The position numbers and the translations under genes were made by a program. Under the pieces are notes generated by a model, which saw only the letters and a list, made by a program, of their open reading frames with translations, was not told the DNA's origin and ran no database searches. A stretch of DNA of 64,000 nt from a bacterium (lineage in GTDB: Bacteria > UBA8248): contig OZ244799.1 of assembly GCA_965219955.1 (NCBI GenBank), positions 2,752,001 through 2,816,000 on the forward strand. Reading direction: 5' to 3'. How positions within the stretch are numbered: position 1 is the first letter of the stretch; each line of letters opens with the position of its first letter. Below, in pieces: positions 38,375 through 47,231 of the stretch.

Positions 38375-38545
38375 ATGGATGAAAAGCTAGACGATGTCCT
38401 AACCATCAATGTGTTGACCACGTAACTGAATATCCTGAGGTCAACACCCTACAAACTTGCCTGGAAGGAAAGATTCTTTCCCAGAAGATGGGGTGTCATT
38501 GGCGTTTTCGTAAAGAAGCCATTGACCGGTGGTTGGAGAAAACCT
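38375..38545 (+). pseudogene. Excisionase-like HTH (HTH_17) regulator, degraded
   Basis: MDEKLDDVLTINVLTT*LNILRSTPYKLA, then a frameshift to EGKILSQKMGCHWRFRKEAIDRWLEK. Confidence 0.65.
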
Positions 38546-38602
38546 GGGCGGAAGAATCGAAACTTCTAGATAGGGAAGTTCGGGGAGCGGCCTGGGCCAA
38601 GA

Positions 38603-41600
38603 ATGGCTAAAATCGAGGAACATCCTTTGCGCGTCAAAATCGCGATTCAGGAAGGACAGATTCTCACCGGCCCGTTGTTCAGCGAGCCGATGCGAGTGGA
38701 GACCGTTCGCTCTAATGGAACCAATGTCTGGGTCGTTGGTCTTGTCGGTCAGCGGTCTGAGCAGTTTCGCAGAGTTACACTTACTTCAGACGATGTATCA
38801 AACCTGACCATCGCCGACGCTGCTCTTTCCTACGACGGCGACGGGCGGCTTCTGCGGATTGGCCTCCAAGCCTATTCGCTCGGCATCGCCTACGAGTTCG
38901 ATCCCTATTTCGGCCTTTCAATCTCGCGCGTGGACCCGCTGCCGCACCAGCTCGAAGCTGTATATGATCACCTCCTGAAGCTTCCCAGTGTACGCTTCTT
39001 ACTCGCCGACGACGCTGGTGCGGGGAAGACGATCATGGCCGGTCTTTTGGTGCGCGAACTCAAGTTGCGGGGCCTCATTGAACGAGTTCTCGTCGTCTGT
39101 CCCGCCAACCTCTCGTTTCAGTGGCAGCGCGAGCTCAAGGAGAAGTTCGACGAGAAATTTCTCGTGCTGAAGGGGAGCGACATTCGCGATCAATTCGGCG
39201 TCAACCAATGGATGGAGCAAAAGCAGATCATCACCTCACTTGATCTCGCCAAGCGTACAGATATCCTGCCTGGACTCCGGCAGGCACACTGGGATCTAGT
39301 CATCGTCGACGAGGCGCACCGTATGTCGGCACGTGATGAGTCCCATAAGAGCCAACGCTACAAGCTGGGGGAATTGCTGCGCGATAGCACTGATCATGTG
39401 CTTCTGTTGACCGCCACACCCCACAAGGGCGACCCACAGAACTTCACGCTGTTTCTACAACTGCTCGACCGGGACGCCTACGCCGACGTGAAATCGATCC
39501 AAGAGGCCATGAATCGGAGACGTGCTCCCTTCTATCTGCGTCGCACCAAGGAGGCGATGATTTTTTTTCCAGAGCGCCAAGCGGACGGAGCGTGGACTGC
39601 AAAACCAGTCTTTACCAAACGTATTCCGCGCACTGCGGATTTTGCCATTGATGGTCCCGAGTTCGATCTCTATCAGAAGATCACGCGGTTCGTGAAACGG
39701 CAGAGTGCCCGTGCCGCTGCCGAGGGCGACGACCCTCGTGCTCGGGCAGTCGGCTTCTTGATGTCGCTATACCAGAGGCGTCTCGCCTCGAGCACCTATG
39801 CAATGCGGCGATCACTGGAGAATCGAGCAAGGCGGCTTGAGGAGGGTCTCATGCGAGCCCATGAGCTGTTGCGGACAGCGCCGCCGAACCTCCCCGATTT
39901 GGAAGAACTCGAGGAACTTGAGGATGCCGAGCGTGAACGTCTGGAGAGGATACTGGAAGCGATCACGCTTGCCGGAAACGCCGAGCAGGTTCGTGAAGAG
40001 GTGGCTGAGATACTGGAGCTTGCCGAAGAGGCGAAGGCTGTAGAGGGTACCGGCAACGAGGCGAAACTCAGACATCTTCGAGAGATCATGCAGGACGAGG
40101 GTTTTTTCGATCGTCCCGACCAGCGCCTGCTACTCTTCACCGAGTTCAAGGACACTCTCGACCACTTGATGGAGCAGTTGAAAGCCTGGGGATTCAGCGT
40201 CGGCTGCATCCACGGCAGCATGAAGACTGGCTCACGCGACGAACCGGGAAGCAGGCTTTACGCCGAACAGCAGTTCCGCGAAGGGGCAATCCAGGTTTTG
40301 GTCGCCACCGAAGCGGCCGGCGAGGGCATCAACCTCCAGTGCTGCCACATCCTATTCAACTACGACATACCCTGGAACCCGAACCGGCTCGAACAACGCA
40401 TGGGCCGCATCCACCGTTATGGCCAGCGGCATGACTGCCTGATCTTCAACTTTGTTGCAACCAACACCATTGAAGGACGGGTCCTCCAGCGCCTCTTGGA
40501 CAAACTCCAGGAGATCCGAGACGCCCTTGATGACGACGCGGTGTTCAACGTCATTGGCGAGGTCTTACCGTCCGCCCACGTGGAGCATGTGCTGCGAGAC
40601 TACTATGCGGGCAGGCTGGGCGACGCCGATCTTGAAGAGCGGCTGTTGAAAGATGTGGATGAGAATCACTTCCGAGCCATTTGCCAGACGGCATTGGAAG
40701 GATTGGCCGCCAAGAAACTCAACCTCGACATGCTCATTGAGCGCCGAGCCCGAGCGCAGGAGCGACGCGTCGTGCCCGAGAGCATCGCTCGGTTCATCAA
40801 GGAGTGCGCCCAGGATGCGGCCCTGACCCTGAAGCCGGTACGCAATCTAGCTCATACGTTTGAGCCGGGTCGAACACCGTCCAGCCTGAAAAAGTACGAA
40901 TGCGAGACGAACTGGAAACTCTCTGAGTTGTCCATTCGCTACCCACGCCTGTCGACGGATCGCGATACGGCCGAAGAGAACAACCTCGAATGGGTGACCC
41001 CCGGGCATCCGCTGTTCGAGGCCCTGCGCCGGCACGGTTTCGATCTCGGGCAGGATGCCTTCGCCAAGGGTGCCTGCTTCCATTCTCTGGCGCACGAAGC
41101 CCCGGCGCGGCTCGACTTCTACCGTGCACGTGTCGTGGATGGCCTCGGGCACGTCATCCACGAACGGCTGTTCACCGTGGAGTTGACGAATGACGGTTCC
41201 CCCCGCCTGCGTGAGCCAGATGTCCTCGGCGACCTGAATCCCGGCGCGGCAACGGATAATCTACCGCTCGTAGCCACCCTCCCGGAAGCGACTGCTTGGC
41301 TAAATGAAAACGCCCTGGTGCCCTTTATCGACGAGGTTCGCGCAGAACGCTTGGCCGAGGTCGAGCGCATCAGCAAACACGTCGAACTGTCCTTGACCGA
41401 AGTTTTACAGCGGATCGATGAAGAGATCGGCCGCGCCGCAGAGGAAGTGGACATGGAAGTCACAGGCGCCGAGGGACGCCTCGCCCAAGCAGAAGCCCGC
41501 CACGCGGAGGTACTGGGTCGACGCGAGCACCGGCGTGAGGAACTCAAGCGGCAACGCGCGGTAACGCTGCAAGGAGTCGAGCGATTGGCAAGCGTTCTCA

Positions 41601-42067
41601 TTTTGCCTCATCCAGAGAGCGATACATTCGATGTCCAAAACCTACGTCCGAACCCCGAGACGGAGATGAAGGCAATGCAGGTGGTCATCGATCACGAGAT
41701 CGCTCTGGGGCGACAAGTCGACGACGTTCACGAGAAGAACCTCGGCTACGACGTGACGAGCCTTGATCTGCAGTCAGGCGAGCTACGCTTGATCGAAGTG
41801 AAAGGCCTCGCTGCCGCTACGGGCACCATCCTGCTTACCCCGAACGAGCGACGGGTCGCCGAAGACCGTCCTGATTGCTTCTGGCTCTACGTAGTGACCA
41901 GTTGCGCGAACACTCCCGAACTCCAGGAGCCGATCAAAAACCCAGCTCGATTCCCGTGGCATGAGTTCACCAAGGTCGCCCACTACTATTTGAGCGTTGA
42001 TGCCCTAAAGCAGCCGATAGAGGCGAGAGAAGGCACCGAACATTATCGTACCAAGGACGACTCATGA
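38603..42067 (+). CDS. SNF2-family helicase with C-terminal DUF3883-like nuclease
   Basis: LLADDAGAGKT, VDEAH, LTATP, ATEAAGEGINLQ, EQRMGRIHRYGQ; C-terminal GYDV...IEVKG. Confidence 0.9.
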   Translation: MAKIEEHPLRVKIAIQEGQILTGPLFSEPMRVETVRSNGTNVWVVGLVGQRSEQFRRVTLTSDDVSNLTIADAALSYDGDGRLLRIGLQAYSLGIAYEFDPYFGLSISRVDPLPHQLEAVYDHLLKLPSVRFLLADDAGAGKTIMAGLLVRELKLRGLIERVLVVCPANLSFQWQRELKEKFDEKFLVLKGSDIRDQFGVNQWMEQKQIITSLDLAKRTDILPGLRQAHWDLVIVDEAHRMSARDESHKSQRYKLGELLRDSTDHVLLLTATPHKGDPQNFTLFLQLLDRDAYADVKSIQEAMNRRRAPFYLRRTKEAMIFFPERQADGAWTAKPVFTKRIPRTADFAIDGPEFDLYQKITRFVKRQSARAAAEGDDPRARAVGFLMSLYQRRLASSTYAMRRSLENRARRLEEGLMRAHELLRTAPPNLPDLEELEELEDAERERLERILEAITLAGNAEQVREEVAEILELAEEAKAVEGTGNEAKLRHLREIMQDEGFFDRPDQRLLLFTEFKDTLDHLMEQLKAWGFSVGCIHGSMKTGSRDEPGSRLYAEQQFREGAIQVLVATEAAGEGINLQCCHILFNYDIPWNPNRLEQRMGRIHRYGQRHDCLIFNFVATNTIEGRVLQRLLDKLQEIRDALDDDAVFNVIGEVLPSAHVEHVLRDYYAGRLGDADLEERLLKDVDENHFRAICQTALEGLAAKKLNLDMLIERRARAQERRVVPESIARFIKECAQDAALTLKPVRNLAHTFEPGRTPSSLKKYECETNWKLSELSIRYPRLSTDRDTAEENNLEWVTPGHPLFEALRRHGFDLGQDAFAKGACFHSLAHEAPARLDFYRARVVDGLGHVIHERLFTVELTNDGSPRLREPDVLGDLNPGAATDNLPLVATLPEATAWLNENALVPFIDEVRAERLAEVERISKHVELSLTEVLQRIDEEIGRAAEEVDMEVTGAEGRLAQAEARHAEVLGRREHRREELKRQRAVTLQGVERLASVLILPHPESDTFDVQNLRPNPETEMKAMQVVIDHEIALGRQVDDVHEKNLGYDVTSLDLQSGELRLIEVKGLAAATGTILLTPNERRVAEDRPDCFWLYVVTSCANTPELQEPIKNPARFPWHEFTKVAHYYLSVDALKQPIEAREGTEHYRTKDDS

Positions 42068-43257
42068 GAAAACCGACTGTCAAATCGGGTGAGCTTGATC
42101 CCCAGTACGAGTCCATCCTTGGCGATGTGTCCAGGATTGTCGACGCTGCCAGACAGTCGACCGCACGTTCAGTCAATGCGCTCATGACGGCTGCTTATTG
42201 GTTGATCGGGCAGCAGATCGTGGAGTTCGAGCAGGATGGGAAGAAGCGAGCTGGCTATGGGGAAGAGACAATCGAGCGGCTTGCCGCCGACCTTTCCGCT
42301 CGTTACGGCCGAGGATTCTCGATTCGAAACGTGTGGCAAATGAAGGCCTTCTACCTTGCATGGCCAACTCCGCAGACACCGTCTGCAGAATCAGAAGGCG
42401 GAGGAATTCTGCAGACAGCGTCTGCAGAATCTTCGCTATCCAGCATCGCCTCACGCTTTCCACTCCCTTGGTCCGCCTATGTGCGGTTGCTCTCGGTCGA
42501 GAACATGCGTGCCCGTGGTTTTTACGAAACCGAGGCCCTGCGTGGCGGCTGGTCTGTTCGCCAGCTTGATCGGCAGATCAACTCTCAGTTCTACGAGCGC
42601 ACGGCACTCTCAAAGAACAAGACCGCTATGTTGACCAGGGGTCGAAGAACGCGGATCGAAGATGCCGTCCATCCCGAAGAGGAAATCAAGGACCCGTTTG
42701 TCCTTGAATTCTTGGACCTCAAGGACGAGTATTCCGAAAGCGATTTGGAAGAAGCGTTGGTTCGCCGTCTCGAAGCTTTCCTCCTTGAACTGGGTGGCGA
42801 CTTTTGTTTTATGGGTAGGCAAAGGCGCTTGCGTATTGGTAACGAATGGTACCGGGTGGATTTACTTTTTTTTCACCGGCGTCTGAGATGTCTTGTGGTT
42901 ATTGACTTGAAGATCGGGAGATTCACTCATGCAGACGCCGGACAGATGCACCTCTATCTCAACTACGCACGAGAGCATTGGGTCCACGAGGGAGAAAACC
43001 CACCAGTTGGGCTGATTCTCTGTGCTCAGAAAGATGAAGCCGTTGCCCGGTATGCGCTTGAAGGCTTGGCGAACAAGGTATTGGCTGCCGAATACCGGAC
43101 CACCCTGCCGGATGAGGATCTTCTAGCAGCGGAAATCGACCGCACACGGGAGGTCCTGAGCAAACGTGTTTTGCCGCCGGGAAAGGAATCGGTGCAAAGA
43201 CCCAAAAACTCAAAGACAAGACAACGTGGTAACGCCGGGAAAAACAAACACGAATGA
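42064..43257 (+). CDS. DUF1016/YhcG PD-(D/E)xK nuclease
   Basis: YWLIGQQIVE, GWSVRQLDRQI, KDPFVLEFL, VDLLFFHRRLRCLVVIDLK, GQMHLYLNY. Confidence 0.9.
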   Translation: MRKPTVKSGELDPQYESILGDVSRIVDAARQSTARSVNALMTAAYWLIGQQIVEFEQDGKKRAGYGEETIERLAADLSARYGRGFSIRNVWQMKAFYLAWPTPQTPSAESEGGGILQTASAESSLSSIASRFPLPWSAYVRLLSVENMRARGFYETEALRGGWSVRQLDRQINSQFYERTALSKNKTAMLTRGRRTRIEDAVHPEEEIKDPFVLEFLDLKDEYSESDLEEALVRRLEAFLLELGGDFCFMGRQRRLRIGNEWYRVDLLFFHRRLRCLVVIDLKIGRFTHADAGQMHLYLNYAREHWVHEGENPPVGLILCAQKDEAVARYALEGLANKVLAAEYRTTLPDEDLLAAEIDRTREVLSKRVLPPGKESVQRPKNSKTRQRGNAGKNKHE

Positions 43258-43342
43258 CACAAACCAGGAAACATCACCCAGGATGGCGAATCGCGAACAG
43301 CCCAGATTCCTCGGGCCATTCGCCCATGCACATGAGGGCCTC

Positions 43343-46249
43343 ATGATCCCCAAGGAATGCAAGCGGCTCGCTGAGGTGGACTTCCCCATTGCCGAGGTCT
43401 CGAAGCATGCGGCGAGGGAAAGGCGGCGCGGGCATCCCGCCAAGTTGCACCTGTGGTGGGCGCGTAGGCCACTGGCTTCATGTCGGGCGGTGTTGATGGC
43501 GTTGCTGCTGCCGGACCCCTGCGACGAGCACTGCCCGGAGGCGTTCAAGAAGGAGTCACGGCAGATTCTTCTCGGTATGCACGGTCGGCCGCAAGGGTGG
43601 ACATCGATCATCGAGTCGGATGAAGGACTGCGCCGTATCATCCTGAAATTCATCGCCGATTTCGCCAACTGGGACAACGCGGCGAATAAAGAGTATCTGA
43701 AGGTCGGCAGGGGGTTGGTACGCGCCGCCCACCCGGACGAACCACCGGTCATCGTTGATCCATTTTCTGGAGGGGGATCCATACCGCTTGAGGCTCTTCG
43801 GCTTGGAGCTGATTCCTTTAGCAGTGACCTCAACCCAATTCCCGCCTTATTAAACAAAGTCACCGTCGAATACATCCCGCGATACGGACAACGACTGGTC
43901 GAAGCCATAGAGCAATGGTCAAAATCGATCGAAAACGAAGCTAATAAACGATTAGCCAGTTTCTATCCCGCCGACCCGGATGGCGCAACCCCAATCGCCT
44001 ACTTATGGGCACGCACTATCCAATGCGAAGCAACAAAATGTGGGGCAATGATCCCCCTAATGAATCAGACAACCATTTCCAAACGCAGGAGAATAGGAGC
44101 GCGATTATCAGTACATTCCAATTCCGTTGTGATTAATGTCGAGAATGGGGATCCAGGCAGTTTTGGTATAGGCACAGTTACCAACGGAAGAATTACATGC
44201 CCGGCATGTAACTACACAATGTCAGCAGACCGCTATCGCAGTCGCGCTAAAAGTGGGGCCCTTGGCGAATTGCATTATTGCACTATTCTTAGGTATCCAG
44301 ACGGAACAAGAAAATACAGAAACCCCACACAATATGACTTCAACTCATACCGCGATGCTGAAAAAAGGGCAGAAGACTTATCTAATTTACCATCATACGT
44401 GGGAATTCCAAACGAGAGACTAAGCACTACAGAGCCAAGGCGCCTCAATATAATCCAGTACGGATTTGATACATGGGGATCTCTGTTCAACGGCAGACAA
44501 CGTCTTTTTTTACTGACTATGACAGAGATTATGTCAGAATTGCTAGAAAGCATTGGCAGCAAGTATCCTGATAAAAACTTCACGGACGCAATACAAACTA
44601 TACTTGCGATATCTGTGAGTAACACTATCCAGTACAATTGCAATATGTCGACATGGCTTTCGGATGGAATGGTTTCGCTCTTTATCCAGAGTTCATCGAT
44701 ACCGATGCGGGCAGATTATGCTGAAGCTAACCCAATGATGAGAGAGCTTGTTGGAGGGCTTAGATATCAATTCGACCAGACGATTGATGTTCTTCGTGAA
44801 ATATCTAGAGCTATTCAAAAGACGGGCACCACCGCATTGCGATCTGCCACTGAGCAGTTATTGCCGGAACAGTCTGCAGATATTTTGGCGACGGATCCAC
44901 CGTATTATTTTGCAATACCTTACGCGGAGCTGTCAGATTTTTTCTACGTTTGGATCAAACGCTTACTTCGAAATGTACACAGCCAAATACTTTCAAGTGA
45001 AATTACACCAAAGGCAGACGAGGCAATTCAAAACCTCCCACACTCCAAGACTACCGGGCAGAAGGACAGAGCGCATTTTGAGAAAAAAATTCACGAGAGT
45101 CTTGTTGTTGGGCGGTCAGAAATACGACATTCCGGACTTTCTCTAATCATTTTTGCTCATGCAGAGACAGAAGGCTGGGAGTCTCTTATTAGGTCACTGC
45201 TAGGGGCTGGCTGGATCGTTACGGCGTCATGGCCTATCGACACCGAACGCAAAGGCCGGATGTTAGCTTCGAGGCAACGCTCACTCGCCTCGTCCATACA
45301 CTTGATCTGTCGCCCTCGCGCGGATGATGCAGAAGTGGGTGATTGGTTTGATATCTTGCGCGAACTTCCGGAACGAGTCTCAGCCTGGATGGAGCGGCTT
45401 CAGGGCGAGGGCATCCGCGGCGCGGATCTGGTGTTCGCTTGTGTCGGTCCTGCACTCGAAATCTTCAGCCGCTACCGCGCGGTGGAGACGGCTGAGGGCC
45501 ATACAGTCGACCTGCGTGATTACCTGGAAAAGGTCTGGGAGGTCGTTGGCCGTGCCGCGCTTGAGCAGGTGCTAGGCACGGCGGAGGCGCAAGCGCGCAA
45601 TAGCTTTGCTGGCGCGCTGGAAGAGGACGCCCGCCTGACAGCGTTATTCCTCTGGACGCTTCAGAGTACGGAAACCCCCGAAGGGACCGGCAAGGAAAAC
45701 GATGATGACGAAGAAGCCATAGCCAAGGTAGCGGCCAAGGGATTCAAGCTTCCCTTCGACGTGGTGCGTCGTTTCGCCCAACCCATGGGCATTGATCTTG
45801 ATGTCTGGACCGGGCGCATTATCGACCAGGAAAAGGGTGTGGTGCGCTTGCTGCCGGTGGCCGAGCGAGCCATGGAACTCTTCGGTGAAGATGGCGCTGA
45901 TGCTGCCGCCGATTGGATCGAGGCCGACCCGCACGCTGGCCTGCAGCAAAAACTATTCCCCGAATTAGACACAGCTCCGAAACTAAGGAACCGCCGTCGC
46001 GGAAAGAGATCGATCCTTGACAGTGATGCCGAACTTCCGTCAATCGATGCGACCACGTTGGATCGCGTGCATGCAGCAATGCTGCTTCAAGCCAGCGGTC
46101 ACGCCAATGCGCTCCGAACGCTGATCGCCGCTGAGCAGGAGCGTGGGCCCGACTTTCTGCGTCTTGCCAACGCGCTATCAGCCCTGTACTTGCGCGGCAG
46201 CCAAGAAAAGCGGCTCCTTGACGCCATGCTGTTGGCGATACCACGGTGA
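43343..46249 (+). CDS. DUF1156 adenine DNA methyltransferase
   Basis: LHLWWARRPL, motif I DPFSGGGSIP, CxxC zinc insert, motif IV TDPPY. Confidence 0.88.
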   Translation: MIPKECKRLAEVDFPIAEVSKHAARERRRGHPAKLHLWWARRPLASCRAVLMALLLPDPCDEHCPEAFKKESRQILLGMHGRPQGWTSIIESDEGLRRIILKFIADFANWDNAANKEYLKVGRGLVRAAHPDEPPVIVDPFSGGGSIPLEALRLGADSFSSDLNPIPALLNKVTVEYIPRYGQRLVEAIEQWSKSIENEANKRLASFYPADPDGATPIAYLWARTIQCEATKCGAMIPLMNQTTISKRRRIGARLSVHSNSVVINVENGDPGSFGIGTVTNGRITCPACNYTMSADRYRSRAKSGALGELHYCTILRYPDGTRKYRNPTQYDFNSYRDAEKRAEDLSNLPSYVGIPNERLSTTEPRRLNIIQYGFDTWGSLFNGRQRLFLLTMTEIMSELLESIGSKYPDKNFTDAIQTILAISVSNTIQYNCNMSTWLSDGMVSLFIQSSSIPMRADYAEANPMMRELVGGLRYQFDQTIDVLREISRAIQKTGTTALRSATEQLLPEQSADILATDPPYYFAIPYAELSDFFYVWIKRLLRNVHSQILSSEITPKADEAIQNLPHSKTTGQKDRAHFEKKIHESLVVGRSEIRHSGLSLIIFAHAETEGWESLIRSLLGAGWIVTASWPIDTERKGRMLASRQRSLASSIHLICRPRADDAEVGDWFDILRELPERVSAWMERLQGEGIRGADLVFACVGPALEIFSRYRAVETAEGHTVDLRDYLEKVWEVVGRAALEQVLGTAEAQARNSFAGALEEDARLTALFLWTLQSTETPEGTGKENDDDEEAIAKVAAKGFKLPFDVVRRFAQPMGIDLDVWTGRIIDQEKGVVRLLPVAERAMELFGEDGADAAADWIEADPHAGLQQKLFPELDTAPKLRNRRRGKRSILDSDAELPSIDATTLDRVHAAMLLQASGHANALRTLIAAEQERGPDFLRLANALSALYLRGSQEKRLLDAMLLAIPR

Positions 46250-46253
46250 CGCC

Positions 46254-47219
46254 ATGACCAACGCCGGGAACGAGCATTCAATATGGCAGGTTTCAGGAGG
46301 ACCCTCCGACCGGTCTTACGCGGATCAGTGCTTGAACTACGGCGTAGCACTCATCGGTCCCGGCGATGCGGGGTCGTGGCGACCTGAGCGCTCCGACGAG
46401 GAGTTTGAAGGCGGTTTTGTCCGACGGTTCGCCGAGGAGCTGCGTACAGGCGACGTACTGCTGCTTCGAACGGGCCTGTCGACGATCTGCGCGGTCGGCT
46501 TGGTCGCATCCGAGTATCAATATCTTCCGCAGTTCGACGACGTGAATGGCTGGGATCTACAACACAGCAGACGCGTGCGCTGGAGCCCGCTTCCCGAACC
46601 GTATGATTTCGGCGGACGAGTTTTTGGCGCCAATCCGCCGCGACTCTCTCGTGTTCAGTCGAGGGACATTATCGAGTACGCGAATCGGTTTGTTCGATCA
46701 CCTCCGACGGATTGGCAAAACCGCACCCTAATGGACTTGCCGGTAGAGGAAAAGGAACTTGAAGCCCCGCCAACCCAATTGCGGGAGATAGTCGCTCAAG
46801 TCCATGACCTTTCGGGCCTCTATTGGGATGTGGACGCCTTCGGGGAGCGACCGATGGAAGACGAGTTGGTCGCTCACAACGTCGTTCCTTTCCTGCGCGC
46901 CCTGGGTTGGCCGGTTGAGAGGATTGCGGTGAAATGGCGCAATATCGATTTGTGTGTGTTCTCCAAGCTGCCGAGAATACCGGAGCACTGCTATTACCTG
47001 ATTGAGGCCAAACGCCTGGGCGCTGGCGTGGAAGGCGCACTCAAACAGGCAATCGGCTATGTGTCGGCCCTCGGCGTTCAATGCGACGTGGTTGTTACGG
47101 ACGGCATACGCTATCGCATGTACGAGGCGAGTACGGATTTTGCACCCGTCGCTTATGCAAATCTCGTGCGCTTGAAGCAGTCGTCCCTGGAATTGTTCAA
47201 GCGTATGCGAAGGCCCTAA
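46254..47219 (+). CDS. Putative two-domain nuclease: EVE/PUA-like N-terminus plus HsdR-N-like PD-(D/E)xK domain
   Basis: N-terminal IWQVS...GDVLLL...AVGLV...RRVRW; C-terminal IDLCVF...IEAKR...QAIGY...VVTDG. Confidence 0.6.
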   Translation: MTNAGNEHSIWQVSGGPSDRSYADQCLNYGVALIGPGDAGSWRPERSDEEFEGGFVRRFAEELRTGDVLLLRTGLSTICAVGLVASEYQYLPQFDDVNGWDLQHSRRVRWSPLPEPYDFGGRVFGANPPRLSRVQSRDIIEYANRFVRSPPTDWQNRTLMDLPVEEKELEAPPTQLREIVAQVHDLSGLYWDVDAFGERPMEDELVAHNVVPFLRALGWPVERIAVKWRNIDLCVFSKLPRIPEHCYYLIEAKRLGAGVEGALKQAIGYVSALGVQCDVVVTDGIRYRMYEASTDFAPVAYANLVRLKQSSLELFKRMRRP

Positions 47220-47231
47220 CCTGAGGTAATC

